Positions 1 to 10,528 of a stretch of DNA of 24,423 bases are shown in pieces; positions within the stretch are counted from its first letter, which is position 1, and every line of letters starts with the position of its first letter. This DNA is from a virus (lineage: Duplodnaviria; Heunggongvirae; Uroviricota; Caudoviricetes). The notes beneath the pieces are model-generated. The model made no database searches and was not told the origin of the DNA. It saw only the letters and a list, made by a program, of their open reading frames with translations. The DNA lies in IMG/VR virus record IMGVR_UViG_2681813316_000024, positions 1-24,423 of that record; one strand, written 5' to 3'. The position numbers and the translations under genes are program-made.

Positions 1-507
1 ATGGCGCAATCACAAGCCGGATTCGGAATGGCTGCATTCTGTGGTAAGCACGAACTCAGCCAGAACGACAAACAAAAGGCTATCAACTATCTGATGCAAT
101 TTGCACACAAGGTATCGGGGAAATACCGTGGTGTGGCAAAGCTCGAAGGAAATACTAAGGCAAAGGTACTGCAAGTGCTCGCAACATTCGCTTATGCGGA
201 TTATTGCCGTAGTGCCGCGACACCGGGCGCAAGATGCAGAGATTGCCACGGTACTGGCCGGGCCGTTGATATTGCCAAAACAGAACGGTGGGGGAGAGTT
301 GTCGAGAAAGAGTGCGGAAGATGCAAAGGCGTCGGCTATTCAAGGATGCCAGCAAGCGCAGCATATCGCGCTGTGACGATGCTAATCCCAAACCTTACCC
401 AACCCACCTGGTCACGCACTGTTAAGCCGCTGTATGACGCTCTGGTGGTTCAATGCCACAAGGAAGAGTCAATCGCAGACAACATTTTGAATGCAGTCAC
501 ACGTTAG
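1..507 (+). CDS. Q: Late-gene antiterminator Q (lambda Q type); ORF starts at window base 1, so the N-terminus is probably cut off
   Basis: 168-aa ORF with Cys-rich zinc-binding motif CRDCHGTGR...CGRCKGVGY; translation matches my recollection of lambda Q almost residue for residue; followed directly by a PR'-like promoter. Confidence 0.85.
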   Translation: MAQSQAGFGMAAFCGKHELSQNDKQKAINYLMQFAHKVSGKYRGVAKLEGNTKAKVLQVLATFAYADYCRSAATPGARCRDCHGTGRAVDIAKTERWGRVVEKECGRCKGVGYSRMPASAAYRAVTMLIPNLTQPTWSRTVKPLYDALVVQCHKEESIADNILNAVTR

Positions 508-549
508 CAGCATGATTGCCACGGATGGCAACATATTAACGGCATGATA

Positions 550-578
550 TTGACTTTTTGAATAAAGTTGGGTAAATT
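550..578 (+). promoter_or_regulatory. PR'-like late promoter with overlapping qut-type Q engagement region
   Basis: -35 TTGACT (550-555), 17-bp spacer, -10 TAAATT (573-578); position and sequence resemble lambda PR' immediately downstream of Q. Confidence 0.7.
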
Positions 579-611
579 TGACTCTAACGATGGGTTGCTG
601 CCTTCGTTCAA

Positions 612-640
612 GCCCTGATATTAACGTCTCGGGGCTTTTT
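612..640 (+). terminator. tR'-like intrinsic terminator shortly downstream of PR' (Q antitermination target)
   Basis: Imperfect hairpin GCCCTGA (612-618) / TCGGGGC (629-635) with one G-U pair, followed by TTTTT (636-640). Confidence 0.45.
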
Positions 641-876
641 GCGTTTTAAGCACAACGGAAAGCCTTCTTTCATGCCCTGCTTAGGCTCGACACTAAGTAT
701 TTGGGAGAGTTGGCTTCCCCATGTGGTTAAAACATGGTTTGTAATGGGTACTCAGCCAAAGAACCTTCCTGTAGGGCGCTGAGCTAAGTCTCACGTAGTA
801 GCCACCACATCCTAACCTGCTACCTCAGGAAATCGGTCGAAAGACGCCTGATAAACGTAACTGGTCCCCTTCAGCT

Positions 877-1233
877 ATGGCTAGACCGGCCAGTCGAAAA
901 GCAGTATCGTCACTGCCTGCCATAGCGAACATAGACGAGCAACTAGACGAGGTTGTTATGGAAAAAATCTCTGGAAGAGAACTGCATTTTCTCAATCGAA
1001 TTCTTCAATTTAAGCAGGAGAGAATTGCTGATTCTGACGTACAGGATGATGAGATTCTCATGGTTGACTCATTGGTCCGTCATGGATATCTTGCTGTTGG
1101 CTTTTTCGACCGTGATAATAACGGCGGATATCATAGCTTAATGCAATACTACTCTCTTACCGAACTTGGCGTTGCAGCTCATAAAGATGAATGGAAATGG
1201 AGAGGGAATCCAAATTCAAATAAAGGTCGCTAA
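877..1233 (+). CDS. Hypothetical protein (moron ORF between PR'/tR' and holin); alternative start at 958 has a better RBS (GAGG)
   Basis: 118-aa ORF; occupies the Q-to-S position where lambdoid phages carry cargo genes; own terminator overlaps its stop; no recognisable motif. Confidence 0.5.
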   Translation: MARPASRKAVSSLPAIANIDEQLDEVVMEKISGRELHFLNRILQFKQERIADSDVQDDEILMVDSLVRHGYLAVGFFDRDNNGGYHSLMQYYSLTELGVAAHKDEWKWRGNPNSNKGR

Positions 1234-1246
1234 GGCGGCCTTTTTA
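1225..1246 (+). terminator. Intrinsic terminator overlapping the moron stop codon
   Basis: Stem GGTCGC (1225-1230) / GCGGCC (1235-1240) with one G-U pair, loop TAAG, then TTTTTATT. Confidence 0.45.
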
Positions 1247-1516
1247 TTGCACGACATTTCTGAAAGCGCATTCCACCAAAAACCAGACAGACAAAACCCT
1301 CACCTTATCCGCTGTGGCTACGGTGCGGTGTGCTTTGCATAAAAGAAAACCAGCTCAATGGCTGGCTTCGTGAAAGCGGGTGGCAAGAGGTTGCGCTAAC
1401 AACCTGATGCCGTTTTGCCCGTGCATATCGGTCACGAACAAATCTGATTACTAAACACAGTAGCCTGGATTTGTTCTATCAGTAATCGACCTTATTCCTA
1501 ATTAAATAGAGCAAAT

Positions 1517-1545
1517 CCCCTTATTGGGGGTAAGACATGAAGATG
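1517..1545 (+). promoter_or_regulatory. sdi-type RNA hairpin plus dual translational start of the holin gene (antiholin/holin)
   Basis: CCCC (1517-1520)-TTATT-GGGGG (1526-1530) hairpin just 5' of ATG AAG ATG (starts at 1537 and 1543), the Met-Lys-Met dual-start motif of lambda S. Confidence 0.6.
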
Positions 1546-1860
1546 CCAGAAAAACATGACCTGTTAGCCGCCATTCTCGCGGCAAAGGAACAAGGCATCG
1601 GGGCAATCCTTGCGTTTGCAATGGCGTACCTTCGCGGCAGATATAATGGCGGTGCGTTTACAAAAACAGTAATCGACGCAACGATGTGCGCCATTATCGC
1701 CTGGTTCATTCGTGACCTTCTCGACTTCGCCGGACTAAGTAGCAATCTCGCTTATATAACGAGCGTGTTCATCGGCTACATCGGTACTGACTCGATTGGT
1801 TCGCTTATCAAACGCTTCGCTGCTAAAAAAGCCGGAGTAGAAGATGGTGGAAATCAATAA
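1537..1860 (+). CDS. S: Class I holin / antiholin (lambda S type)
   Basis: 107-aa ORF beginning [20 protein letters not shown]; three hydrophobic segments; matches recalled lambda S107; upstream leader also lambda-like. Confidence 0.95.
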   Translation: MKMPEKHDLLAAILAAKEQGIGAILAFAMAYLRGRYNGGAFTKTVIDATMCAIIAWFIRDLLDFAGLSSNLAYITSVFIGYIGTDSIGSLIKRFAAKKAGVEDGGNQ

Positions 1861-2320
1861 TCAACGTAAGGCGTTCCTCGATATGCTGGCGTGGTCAGAG
1901 GGAACTGATAACGGACGGCAGAAAACCAGAAATCATGGTTATGACGTCATTGTTGGCGGAGAGCTATTCACTGATTACTCCGATCACCCTCGCAAACTTG
2001 TCACGCTAAACCCCAAACTCAAATCAACAGCAGCCGGACGTTACCAGCTTCTTTCCCGTTGGTGGGATGCCTATCGTAAGCAGCTTGGCCTGAAAGACTT
2101 CTCTCCGAAAAGCCAGGACGCTGTGGCACTGCAACAGATTAAAGAGCGTGGCGCTTTACCGATGATTGATCGCGGTGATATCCGTCAGGCTATCGACCGT
2201 TGCAGCAATATCTGGGCTTCACTGCCGGGCGCTGGTTATGGTCAGTTCGAGCATAAGGCTGACAACCTGATTGCAAAATTCAAAGAAGCAGGCGGAACGG
2301 TCAGAGAGATTGAGGTATGA
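1844..2320 (+). CDS. R: Endolysin, lytic transglycosylase (lambda R type)
   Basis: 158-aa ORF overlapping S stop; sequence [26 protein letters not shown]... matches recalled lambda R. Confidence 0.95.
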   Translation: MVEINNQRKAFLDMLAWSEGTDNGRQKTRNHGYDVIVGGELFTDYSDHPRKLVTLNPKLKSTAAGRYQLLSRWWDAYRKQLGLKDFSPKSQDAVALQQIKERGALPMIDRGDIRQAIDRCSNIWASLPGAGYGQFEHKADNLIAKFKEAGGTVREIEV

Positions 2321-2754
2321 GCAGAGTAACCGCGATTATCTCCGCTCTGGTTATCTGCATCATCGTCTGCCTGTCATGGGCTGTTAATCATTACCGTGAT
2401 AACGCCATGACCTACAAAGAGCAGCGCGATAAAGCCACATCCACAATCGCTGACATGCAGAAGCGTCAACGTGATGTAGCTGAACTCGATGCCAGATACA
2501 CAAAGGAGCTTGCTGATGCTAACGCGACTATCGAAAGTCTCCGTGCTGATGTTTCTGCTGGGCGTAAGCGCCTGCAGGTCGCCGCCACCTGTGCAAAGTC
2601 AACGACCGGAGCCAGCGGCATGGGCGATGGAGAAAGCCCAAGACTTACAGCAGATGCTGAACTCAATTATTACCGTCTCCGAAGTGGAATCGACAGGATA
2701 ACCGCGCAGGTTAACTACCTGCAGGAATACATCAGGACGCAATGCCTTCGATGA
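2317..2754 (+). CDS. Rz: Inner-membrane spanin subunit (Rz, i-spanin)
   Basis: 145-aa ORF, ATGA overlap with R stop; N-terminal TM anchor [30 protein letters not shown] matches lambda Rz, remainder coiled-coil-like but divergent. Confidence 0.85.
   Translation: MSRVTAIISALVICIIVCLSWAVNHYRDNAMTYKEQRDKATSTIADMQKRQRDVAELDARYTKELADANATIESLRADVSAGRKRLQVAATCAKSTTGASGMGDGESPRLTADAELNYYRLRSGIDRITAQVNYLQEYIRTQCLR
2516..2701 (+). CDS. Rz1: Outer-membrane lipoprotein spanin subunit (Rz1, o-spanin), embedded in +1 frame inside Rz
   Basis: ATG at 2516 preceded by AAGGAG (2503-2508); signal peptide [20 protein letters not shown] with lipobox V-S-A-C; Pro-rich mature part; entirely nested in Rz. Confidence 0.7.
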   Translation: MLTRLSKVSVLMFLLGVSACRSPPPVQSQRPEPAAWAMEKAQDLQQMLNSIITVSEVESTG

Positions 2755-3133
2755 TAGCGATAATTTTACTCATCATCCTTCACATCTGGCTCTGTAGACA
2801 GGGTGGTGATCACTTCTGGAGTGAATCCAGATTAAACATCTCATTGCTGATGCTTGATATTGAGCATCTGGCGCGCGGTAAGGGGCTGCGTTGAGATAAG
2901 AGCCAGTTCATTACAAAGCCTATCTACTGGTGGGCTTGATAATGAAACCGGAATTTATTCTGGGTAACCAGTTACGGCAGTACAGCGAAACAACCCAAGC
3001 CAGTAAGTGGGGAAATAACACTGGCAGCCACTGAAAGATGAACCTCCTGCCTTATGGCAAAAAAAGATTCTTTGTGGTGGCGGACTGATGGAAAGACATC
3101 CTAATCAAGCAACCACTCCACAGGGTCATAATT

Positions 3134-3514
3134 ATGAACGACCAGCAAATCGAAAAAGAAATCGTTGAGAAAGGCAAAACCGCTCCGAGAATCACTCCGC
3201 AGCACATCGAAGACGTGATTAAAAGCGAGCATTACTTTACTGCTTATGATGGACGTAATGGTGCCATTTCCAGCAACGAATATTGTGGCAGGGAAAAACC
3301 AGAAGAAGGCGATCGTGATTTATCACCATTGAAGTTGCTCACTTTCTGCGTACTGGTGCTGAAGAATGGCTTCACCGTCACCGGAGAGAGTGCCTGTGCA
3401 AGCCCGGAAAACTTTGATGCAGAAATTGGTCGGAAGATTGCCCGGCAAAATGCTGTAAACAAAATCTGGATGCTCGAAGGTTACTTGCTGAAGCAGAAGC
3501 TAAGCGAACAGTAG
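3134..3514 (+). CDS. Hypothetical phage protein (between lysis cassette and terminase)
   Basis: 126-aa ORF, same orientation as late operon; contains hydrophobic segment LLTFCVLVLKNGF; no catalytic motif recognised. Confidence 0.55.
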   Translation: MNDQQIEKEIVEKGKTAPRITPQHIEDVIKSEHYFTAYDGRNGAISSNEYCGREKPEEGDRDLSPLKLLTFCVLVLKNGFTVTGESACASPENFDAEIGRKIARQNAVNKIWMLEGYLLKQKLSEQ

Positions 3515-3617
3515 TTATTACAAAAGCCATTCCCTACAGAGTGGCTTTGATAATGGCTTATACCCTACACGGGATAACTTAACTGATATCCCTTTTAACG
3601 GATAAACGGAGCCAACA

Positions 3618-3860
3618 ATGGCAGAGATTATTCCCATGACTGAAGAACAGAAATTCAAGTTAGAAATTTACCGACTGCTATCTAAGAACAATTCAGCGGC
3701 AGAGGAAGCGTTTGCATTCATTGGGGCTGACCAGCTGAAACTGGAATTGTTCAAGTTGCACTACAACGATGGCGGTGCAAATCCAGACTTCACATCTCGC
3801 ACTATCGAAGCGGTGCGTAAATCGAAGGAAGCGTTAGACCTGTTCACTACCGGAGCATGA
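3618..3860 (+). CDS. Hypothetical small phage protein
   Basis: 80-aa ORF in late-operon orientation immediately upstream of small terminase; position recalls small ORFs preceding gene 3 in P22-like phages. Confidence 0.5.
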   Translation: MAEIIPMTEEQKFKLEIYRLLSKNNSAAEEAFAFIGADQLKLELFKLHYNDGGANPDFTSRTIEAVRKSKEALDLFTTGA

Positions 3861-3889
3861 TGCTCAGCCTGAAATGACAACTAAGTGAG

Positions 3890-4384
3890 ATGAATATGGC
3901 AGCACCAAAGGGCAACCGATTTTGGGAGGCCCGCAGTAGTCATGGGCGAAATCCTAAATTCGAATCGCCTGAGGCGCTGTGGGCAGCTTGTTGTGAATAC
4001 TTCGAGTGGGCTGATGATAACCCGCTATGGGAGGGAAAGGTATTTTCATATCAGGGAGAAATAATTAAGGCTAATGTCCCTAAGATGCGAGCCATGACTA
4101 TTTCAGGATTGTGTACCTTCCTTGATATCACCAGGCAAACATGGGGAACCTTCCGGTCAATGGAAGGTTTTTCTGACGTCACATCACGAGCGGAAGACAT
4201 CATCTACGACCAGAAATTCTCTGGCGCAGCCGCTGACCTTCTCAACGCTAACATCATCGCCCGTGATTTGGGCCTCAAAGAGCAGTCGCAAGTTGAAGAC
4301 GTGACACCTGATAAGGGAGATCGCGATAAGCGACGCTCTCGTATCAAGGAGCTATTCAACCGTGGAACTGGACGCGATTCTTGA
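3890..4384 (+). CDS. Terminase small subunit (P22 gp3-like)
   Basis: 164-aa ORF immediately upstream of and overlapping large terminase; N-terminus [29 protein letters not shown] typical of P22-family gp3. Confidence 0.8.
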   Translation: MNMAAPKGNRFWEARSSHGRNPKFESPEALWAACCEYFEWADDNPLWEGKVFSYQGEIIKANVPKMRAMTISGLCTFLDITRQTWGTFRSMEGFSDVTSRAEDIIYDQKFSGAAADLLNANIIARDLGLKEQSQVEDVTPDKGDRDKRRSRIKELFNRGTGRDS

Positions 4385-5861
4385 TAACCTGAGCGACGAA
4401 GAGCAAATCGAATTGCTCGAGCTACTCGAAGAAGAAGAGAACTACCGGAACACACACCTGCTATATGAATTTACGCCATACAGCAAACAGCGTGAGTTCA
4501 TCGACGCCGGGCATGACTATCCAGAGCGATGTTTTATGGCTGGTAACCAGCTTGGTAAGTCATTTACTGGTGCTGCTGAAGTCGCGTTTCACCTTACAGG
4601 GCGTTATCCGGGAACAAAAGGCTATCCGGATGATGGTAAATATGGCGGGGAGTGGAAAGGTAAGCGTTTCTATGAGCCTGTTGTCTTCTGGATTGGCGGC
4701 GAGACAAACGAGACGGTAACCAAAACGACTCAACGCATCCTGTGCGGTCGTATCGAAGAGAATGACGAGCCAGGCTACGGTTCCATACCGAAAGAAGACA
4801 TCATTAGCTGGAAGAAGTCTCCTTTCTTTCCGAACCTTGTTGATCACCTTCTGGTTAAGCATCACACGGCTGATGGCGTTGAAGATGGCATTTCAATCTG
4901 CTACTTCAAACCATACTCGCAAGGCCGTGCTCGCTGGCAGGGTGACACAATCCACGGCGTGTGGTTTGACGAAGAGCCACCATACAGCATTTATGGCGAA
5001 GGTCTTACCCGTACCAACAAATACGGGCAATTCTCAATCCTGACGTTTACCCCGCTGATGGGGATGTCTGACGTTGTTACCAAGTTCCTGAAGAATCCCA
5101 GCAAGTCGCAGAAAGTGGTCAACATGACCATCTATGACGCTGAGCACTACACCGACGAGCAGAAAGAGCAAATCATCGCATCCTATCCTGAGCATGAGAG
5201 AGAGGCGCGTGCTCGCGGTATTCCTACGATGGGTAGCGGACGAATCTTCCAGATACCGGAAGAGACGATTAAGTGTCAGCCGTTCGAGTGTCCTGATCAC
5301 TTCTACGTAATTGGCGGGATGGATTTCGGATGGGATCACCCACAGGCGCAGGTTCAGCTTTGGTGGGATAAGGACGCAGACACAATCTACGTTTCACGCG
5401 TGTGGAAGGCGAAAGAAAAAACAGCCGTTCAGGCATGGGGAGCCGTTAAATCATGGGCGCATAAAGTGCCAACAGCATGGCCTCATGACGGAAACCAGCA
5501 TGAGAAGGGCGGTGGTGAGCAGCTCAAAGGGCAGTATGCAGACGCTGGATTTATGATGTTGCAGGAGCATGCGACATGGCCTGATGGCGGTAATGCTGTT
5601 GAGCCTGGCATCACTGAATTGCGAGACATGATGCTCGATGGCCGCTTCAAAGTATTCAACACCTGTGAGCCATTCTTTGAGGAGTTCCGCCTCTATCACC
5701 GTGATGAAAACGGGAAGATCGTCAAGCTTAACGACGACGTTCTCTCAGCCGTTCGCTATGCATACATGATGCGCCGCTTCGCCAAAATGATGCGCGACAT
5801 CAAAAAACCAAAAGAGAAAAAGATACCAGCCCCAATCAGGCCCATCGCACGGAGAACTTAA
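4362..5861 (+). CDS. Terminase large subunit (P22 gp2-like, headful packaging)
   Basis: 499-aa ORF, same length as recalled for P22 gp2; position between small terminase and portal; stop TAA directly abuts portal ATG. Confidence 0.9.
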   Translation: MELDAILDNLSDEEQIELLELLEEEENYRNTHLLYEFTPYSKQREFIDAGHDYPERCFMAGNQLGKSFTGAAEVAFHLTGRYPGTKGYPDDGKYGGEWKGKRFYEPVVFWIGGETNETVTKTTQRILCGRIEENDEPGYGSIPKEDIISWKKSPFFPNLVDHLLVKHHTADGVEDGISICYFKPYSQGRARWQGDTIHGVWFDEEPPYSIYGEGLTRTNKYGQFSILTFTPLMGMSDVVTKFLKNPSKSQKVVNMTIYDAEHYTDEQKEQIIASYPEHEREARARGIPTMGSGRIFQIPEETIKCQPFECPDHFYVIGGMDFGWDHPQAQVQLWWDKDADTIYVSRVWKAKEKTAVQAWGAVKSWAHKVPTAWPHDGNQHEKGGGEQLKGQYADAGFMMLQEHATWPDGGNAVEPGITELRDMMLDGRFKVFNTCEPFFEEFRLYHRDENGKIVKLNDDVLSAVRYAYMMRRFAKMMRDIKKPKEKKIPAPIRPIARRT

Positions 5862-8027
5862 ATGGCCGACGAAAACAGACTCAATTCCATTCTGTGTAAG
5901 TTTGACGCGGACTGGATGGCGAGCGATGAAGCCAGAACCGAGGCGACAAATGACCTGTATTTTAGCCGAGTGTCGCAATGGGATGACTGGCTATCAAACT
6001 ACACTACCCTGCAATATCGGGGACAATTCGATGTTGTTCGCCCGGTGGTCAGGAAACTGGTCGCAGAGATGCGCCGGAACCCTATCGACGTTCTCTTCCG
6101 ACCCAAAGACGGCGCTAATCCTGATGCTGCCGATGTGTTGATGGGAATGTATCGTACTGATATGCGCCATAACACGGCAAAGATTGCCGTTAACGTTGGC
6201 GTTCGTGAGCAGATAGAGTCCGGCGTTGGTGCATGGCGTCTGGTCACCCAGTACGAAGACAACGACCCAACAAGCAACAATCAGGTAATCCGACGCCTGC
6301 CAATCCATGAAGCCTGCTCACACGTCATATGGGACGCCAACAGCAAGCAGATGGATAAGAGCGACGCTAAGCACTGCACGGTGATTAACGCTTTGTCACG
6401 CAATGGCTGGAAAGAGTTCGCAGAGGATTACGGTATTGATCCTGACACCTTGCCATCTTTCCAGAATCCGAACGATACATGGCTGTTTCCGTGGGTATCG
6501 AATGATGTCGTCTACGTCGCTGAGTATTACGAGGTCGAAGAGAAGAAAGAGAAAGTCTTCATCTACCGCGACCCGCTGACAGGTGAGCCGGTAAGCTATT
6601 ACCAGCAGGATATCAAAGACGTCATCGACGACCTGGCTAATCGTGGATTCATTAAGGTAGCAGAGCGCAAGGTGAAGCGTCGGCGTGTGTATAAGTCGAT
6701 CATCACCTGTACGCAGATACTGAAAGACCGCGAGAAGATAGCCGGAGAGCATATTCCAATCGTTCCAGTGTATGGTGAATGGTCATTCGCTGGTGACAAG
6801 GAGTGCTACGAAGGAGTGGTAAGGCTGACGAAAGACGGTCAACGCCTTCGTAACATGATCATGTCGTTCAACGCCGATATTGTTGCTCGTTCACCGAAGA
6901 AGAAACCGACCTTCTTCCCTGAGCAAATCGAAGGCTACGAATACATGTACGGTGGAAATGATGACTATCCGTACTATCTGCAGAACAGGACCGATGAAAA
7001 CGGTAACGACCTGCCGATTGGTCCAATCTCCTACATGGAAAACCCTGAAGTGCCGCAAGCCAACGCTTACATGCTTGAGGCAGCCACCAACGCAGTGAAA
7101 GAGGTGGCTAGTCTTGGCGTGGATGCGCAGGCGGCAAATGGTCAGGTCGCTTTCGATACCGTCAATCAACTGAACATGCGGGCAGACCTTGAGACATACG
7201 TGTTTCAGGATAACCTGGCTACCGCAATGCGACGTGATGGCGAGATTTATGCCTCAATGGTCAACGATATTTATGACGTTCCTCGCCATGTAACGCTGAC
7301 TCTTGAAGACGGAAGCGAGAAAGACGTTCAACTCTACGCGCAAGTTGTAGATTACCAGTCCGGCAATGTGGTCACACTCAACGACATTCGCGGTCGCTAT
7401 GAGTGCTATACAGACGTTGGACCATCCTTCCAGAGTATGAAGGAACAGAACCGCGCAGAGATTCAGGAGTTACTCACCAAGGTTCCACAAGGTACTCCAG
7501 AGTTCCAGATGCTGATGCTGCAATACTTCACGCTGCTTGATGGTAAAGGCGTCGAGATGATGCGAGAGTACGCGAACAAGCAACTGGTGATGATGGGGCT
7601 GAAGAAACCAGAAACACCTGAAGAGATGGAGATGGTACAGCAGGCTCAACAGCAGCCGCAGCAGCCATCAGCAGAGCAAATTCAGGCGCAGGGTATCCTT
7701 CTGCAAGGTCAGGCTGAATTGCTCAAGGCAGAGAACCAACAGGCGCAGATTCAGGTTGAAGCCGCCAAGGTTGAAGCCCAAAACCAACTCAACGCCGCGA
7801 AGATTGCGGAAATCTTCAACAATATGGACCTAGACAAGCAGGCAGAACTGCGTGAGTACCTCAAGCTCGTAGGTCAATTCCAGCAACAGCGCAGCAAAGA
7901 TGCTCGTGCTAACGCTGAGCTGCTTCTTAAAGATGCAGACCAGACTCATTCACAACGCATGGATTTCGCGAATCTTATGCGTCAAGTTCAAATCCCCTCC
8001 GGCGGAGTAGCCGAGACACCTCAATAA
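5862..8027 (+). CDS. Portal protein (P22 gp1-like)
   Basis: 721-aa ORF; long runs match recalled P22 portal ([51 protein letters not shown]); Q/A-rich C-terminal helical barrel. Confidence 0.95.
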   Translation: MADENRLNSILCKFDADWMASDEARTEATNDLYFSRVSQWDDWLSNYTTLQYRGQFDVVRPVVRKLVAEMRRNPIDVLFRPKDGANPDAADVLMGMYRTDMRHNTAKIAVNVGVREQIESGVGAWRLVTQYEDNDPTSNNQVIRRLPIHEACSHVIWDANSKQMDKSDAKHCTVINALSRNGWKEFAEDYGIDPDTLPSFQNPNDTWLFPWVSNDVVYVAEYYEVEEKKEKVFIYRDPLTGEPVSYYQQDIKDVIDDLANRGFIKVAERKVKRRRVYKSIITCTQILKDREKIAGEHIPIVPVYGEWSFAGDKECYEGVVRLTKDGQRLRNMIMSFNADIVARSPKKKPTFFPEQIEGYEYMYGGNDDYPYYLQNRTDENGNDLPIGPISYMENPEVPQANAYMLEAATNAVKEVASLGVDAQAANGQVAFDTVNQLNMRADLETYVFQDNLATAMRRDGEIYASMVNDIYDVPRHVTLTLEDGSEKDVQLYAQVVDYQSGNVVTLNDIRGRYECYTDVGPSFQSMKEQNRAEIQELLTKVPQGTPEFQMLMLQYFTLLDGKGVEMMREYANKQLVMMGLKKPETPEEMEMVQQAQQQPQQPSAEQIQAQGILLQGQAELLKAENQQAQIQVEAAKVEAQNQLNAAKIAEIFNNMDLDKQAELREYLKLVGQFQQQRSKDARANAELLLKDADQTHSQRMDFANLMRQVQIPSGGVAETPQ

Positions 8028-8040
8028 GAGAGAGTTAACC

Positions 8041-8952
8041 ATGGACCAAACCACCGACATTCAGGCTTCTGAAGAATTAACCCTGCCCGGCAATCATGCA
8101 GCGGCATCTGCTGATGGCTTAGTTGTCGATAATGCCAACGACAACGCAGGTCAGGAAGAAGGCTTCGAGATTGTCCTGAAAGACGATGAGAAACCAAAAC
8201 AAGACCCGGCAACTAATGCTGAATTTGCCCGTCGCCGCATTGAACGCAAACGCCAGCGTGAGCTTGAGCAGCAGATGGAAGCGGTTAAGCGTGGAGAGTT
8301 GCCGGAGCACCTGCGGGTGAACCCTGAGTTACCAAAACAACCAGACCCTAACGATTATCTTTCCGAAGATGCACTGGCTAAGTACGACTATGACCAGAGC
8401 CGCGCACTGGCTGCCTTCCAGCAGGCAAACAGTGAATGGCAGATCAAGGCTATGGACGCACGAAGCCAGGCTGTCGCCGAGCAGGGTCGCAAAACTCAGG
8501 AGTTCACCCAGCAATCAGCGCAATACGTCGAGGCAGCCCGTAAGCACTACGACGCAGCGGAAAAGCTCAATATCCCTGACTATCAGGAGAAAGAGGATGC
8601 ATTCATGCAACTGGTGCCGCCAGCAGTCGGTGCCGACATCATGCGCCTCTTCCCGGAGAAATCCGCCGCTCTCATGTATCACCTTGGTGCTAATCCTGAG
8701 AAAACACGCCAGTTGCTGGCGATGGACGGGCAATCCGCGCTGATTGAACTCACTCGACTGTCAGAACGTTTAACTCTCAAGCCTCGAGCCAAGCCAGTTT
8801 CAGAAGCCCCGTTACCTGATGAACCCATTCAGGGACACGCTGTTGCTGCAAATATTTCTGCGATTGAAAAGCAGATGGAAGCGGCAGCAAACAAAGGGGA
8901 TGTAGAGACATACCGCAAGCTCAAGGCGCAACTGAATAAAGGAATTCGATAA
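8041..8952 (+). CDS. Scaffolding protein (P22 gp8-like)
   Basis: 303-aa ORF matching recalled P22 gp8 ([35 protein letters not shown]..., C-terminal [11 protein letters not shown]). Confidence 0.9.
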   Translation: MDQTTDIQASEELTLPGNHAAASADGLVVDNANDNAGQEEGFEIVLKDDEKPKQDPATNAEFARRRIERKRQRELEQQMEAVKRGELPEHLRVNPELPKQPDPNDYLSEDALAKYDYDQSRALAAFQQANSEWQIKAMDARSQAVAEQGRKTQEFTQQSAQYVEAARKHYDAAEKLNIPDYQEKEDAFMQLVPPAVGADIMRLFPEKSAALMYHLGANPEKTRQLLAMDGQSALIELTRLSERLTLKPRAKPVSEAPLPDEPIQGHAVAANISAIEKQMEAAANKGDVETYRKLKAQLNKGIR

Positions 8953-10247
8953 TGGCATTAAATGAAGGTCAACTGGTCACGTATGCTCTGGATGAAATCA
9001 TCGAAACCATCCAGAACCTGACGCCAATGGCGTCTAAAGTGACAAAATACACCCCTCCGGCAGAATCCATGCAACGTTCAAGCAACACCGTGTGGATGCC
9101 TGTTGAGCAGGAAGCGCCAACTCAGACTGGCTGGGATTTAACTGGCAACGCTACCGGTATTCTGGAACTGTCCGTGAAATGCAACATGGGCGATCCGGAT
9201 AACGATTTCTTCGAGCTTCGTGCAGATGACCTGCGTGATGAGCGTTCTTACCGTCGCCGCATCCAGGCATCAGCTAAAAAACTGGCGAATAACATTGAGT
9301 CAGCAATTGCCAAACAGGCAACTGAAATGGGCTCACTTGTTGTTCACGATACCCGAGCAATTGGTCCATCTACTGGCCTGTCTGGCTGGGATTTTGTGTC
9401 TGATGCAGAGCGCCTGATGTTCTCCCGTGAGCTAAACCGCGATATGGGCATCAGTTACTTCCTGAACCCTGACGATTACCGCAAAGCAGGCCGCAACCTG
9501 GTAGATGGTGACATCTTCGGGCGCGTTCCTGAAGACACGTATCGCAACGGTACTATTCAGCGTCAGATTGCTGGCTTTGATGAAATTCTTCGCTCACCGA
9601 AACTTCCGGCAGTTACCAAGTCAGCCGCTACTGGTGTAACTGTTTCTGGTGCGCAGAAGTTTAAGCCGCAGGCATACACCCTTGATACCGATGGTAACAA
9701 AGAGAACGTCGACAACCGTGTTGCAACGGTGACCGTATCCTCCACCACCGGATTTAAGCGCGGCGACAAAATCAGTTTCACTGGTGTGAAATTCCTGTCT
9801 CAGATGGCGAAGAACGTGCTGACTGATGATGCGACTTTCTCAATCACCCGTGTGATCGATGGTACTCACATCGAAATCACGCCGAAGCCGATTGCGCTTG
9901 ATGACGTTTCACTGACAAAAGAAGAGAAGGCTTACGCTAATGTAAACACCTCTCTTGCTGATGCCACCCCGGTAAACGTTCTGAACGTGGCAACAACCAC
10001 CGCTAACGTGTTCTGGGCTGATGACTCAATCCGCCTGCTATCTCAGCCGATCCCGGTAACCCATGAACTGTTTGCTGGCATGAAAACGTCTTCCTTCAGC
10101 ATTCCTGGCATTGGTGTTAACGGCATCTTCGCAACGCAGGGTGATATCAACACTCTGTCTGGTAAGTGCCGTATTGCTGTGTGGTATTCAGCATGTGCTG
10201 TACGACCAGAGGCAATTGGTGTTGGTCTGCCTAACCAGACTGCGTGA
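8952..10247 (+). CDS. Major coat protein (P22 gp5-like)
   Basis: 431-aa ORF; start overlaps scaffold stop (TAATGG); motifs [35 protein letters not shown] match recalled P22 coat. Confidence 0.95.
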   Translation: MALNEGQLVTYALDEIIETIQNLTPMASKVTKYTPPAESMQRSSNTVWMPVEQEAPTQTGWDLTGNATGILELSVKCNMGDPDNDFFELRADDLRDERSYRRRIQASAKKLANNIESAIAKQATEMGSLVVHDTRAIGPSTGLSGWDFVSDAERLMFSRELNRDMGISYFLNPDDYRKAGRNLVDGDIFGRVPEDTYRNGTIQRQIAGFDEILRSPKLPAVTKSAATGVTVSGAQKFKPQAYTLDTDGNKENVDNRVATVTVSSTTGFKRGDKISFTGVKFLSQMAKNVLTDDATFSITRVIDGTHIEITPKPIALDDVSLTKEEKAYANVNTSLADATPVNVLNVATTTANVFWADDSIRLLSQPIPVTHELFAGMKTSSFSIPGIGVNGIFATQGDINTLSGKCRIAVWYSACAVRPEAIGVGLPNQTA

Positions 10248-10254
10248 TAACCAG

Positions 10255-10278
10255 AGGGAGCTTCGGCTCCCTTTTTTA
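10255..10278 (+). terminator. Intrinsic terminator after coat gene
   Basis: Stem GGGAGC (10256-10261) / GCTCCC (10266-10271), loop TTCG (UUCG tetraloop), then TTTTTT (10272-10277). Confidence 0.65.
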
Positions 10279-10291
10279 TCTGGAGACAAAC

Positions 10292-10528
10292 ATGACACAC
10301 ATGATCTTTCGTCATGGCGACATGAAGAAGTGGAAAGGCGTTGGATACGACTTTGAAATCGTGAAAGCCGAAGAGCTTCAGGAATATCTGGATGCTGGCT
10401 GGTTTGCACATCCCGATGACCTTCTGAAGGATGTTGCAGAGCCAGAGCCAGAGCCAGAAGAAAAACAGAGTAAAAAGCCTGGTCGAAAACCTAAGGCGGC
10501 AGCAGATGAACCTGACAACGAAGGGTGA
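10292..10528 (+). CDS. Hypothetical small protein (between coat and gp4)
   Basis: ATG at 10292 preceded by GGAG (10282-10285); 78 aa, acidic PEPEPE low-complexity tail; stop overlaps gp4 start. Confidence 0.45.
   Translation: MTHMIFRHGDMKKWKGVGYDFEIVKAEELQEYLDAGWFAHPDDLLKDVAEPEPEPEEKQSKKPGRKPKAAADEPDNEG

Noticed and set aside
650-876. Possible tRNA gene in the PR'-to-moron interval, as in some Stx phages
   Set aside because: No T-loop consensus (GGTTCGAATCC-like) or cloverleaf-compatible segments seen by eye
2755-3133. Possible bor-like lipoprotein gene on the - strand downstream of Rz, as in lambda
   Set aside because: No ORF of adequate length on either strand in this interval; only very short ORFs
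4465-5700. Several 80-100 aa ORFs on both strands inside the large terminase gene
   Set aside because: All nested within the 499-aa terminase ORF; frame-shadow artefacts
7600-7930. Q/A-rich repetitive stretch that looks like a low-complexity repeat
   Set aside because: It is the C-terminal helical barrel region of the portal protein, which is naturally Gln/Ala-rich; not a DNA repeat element
10431-10505. Upstream extension of the gp4 ORF ([11 protein letters not shown]...)
   Set aside because: Homology to P22 gp4 begins at MNLTTKGDL (ATG 10506); the extension overlaps the preceding small ORF in another frame
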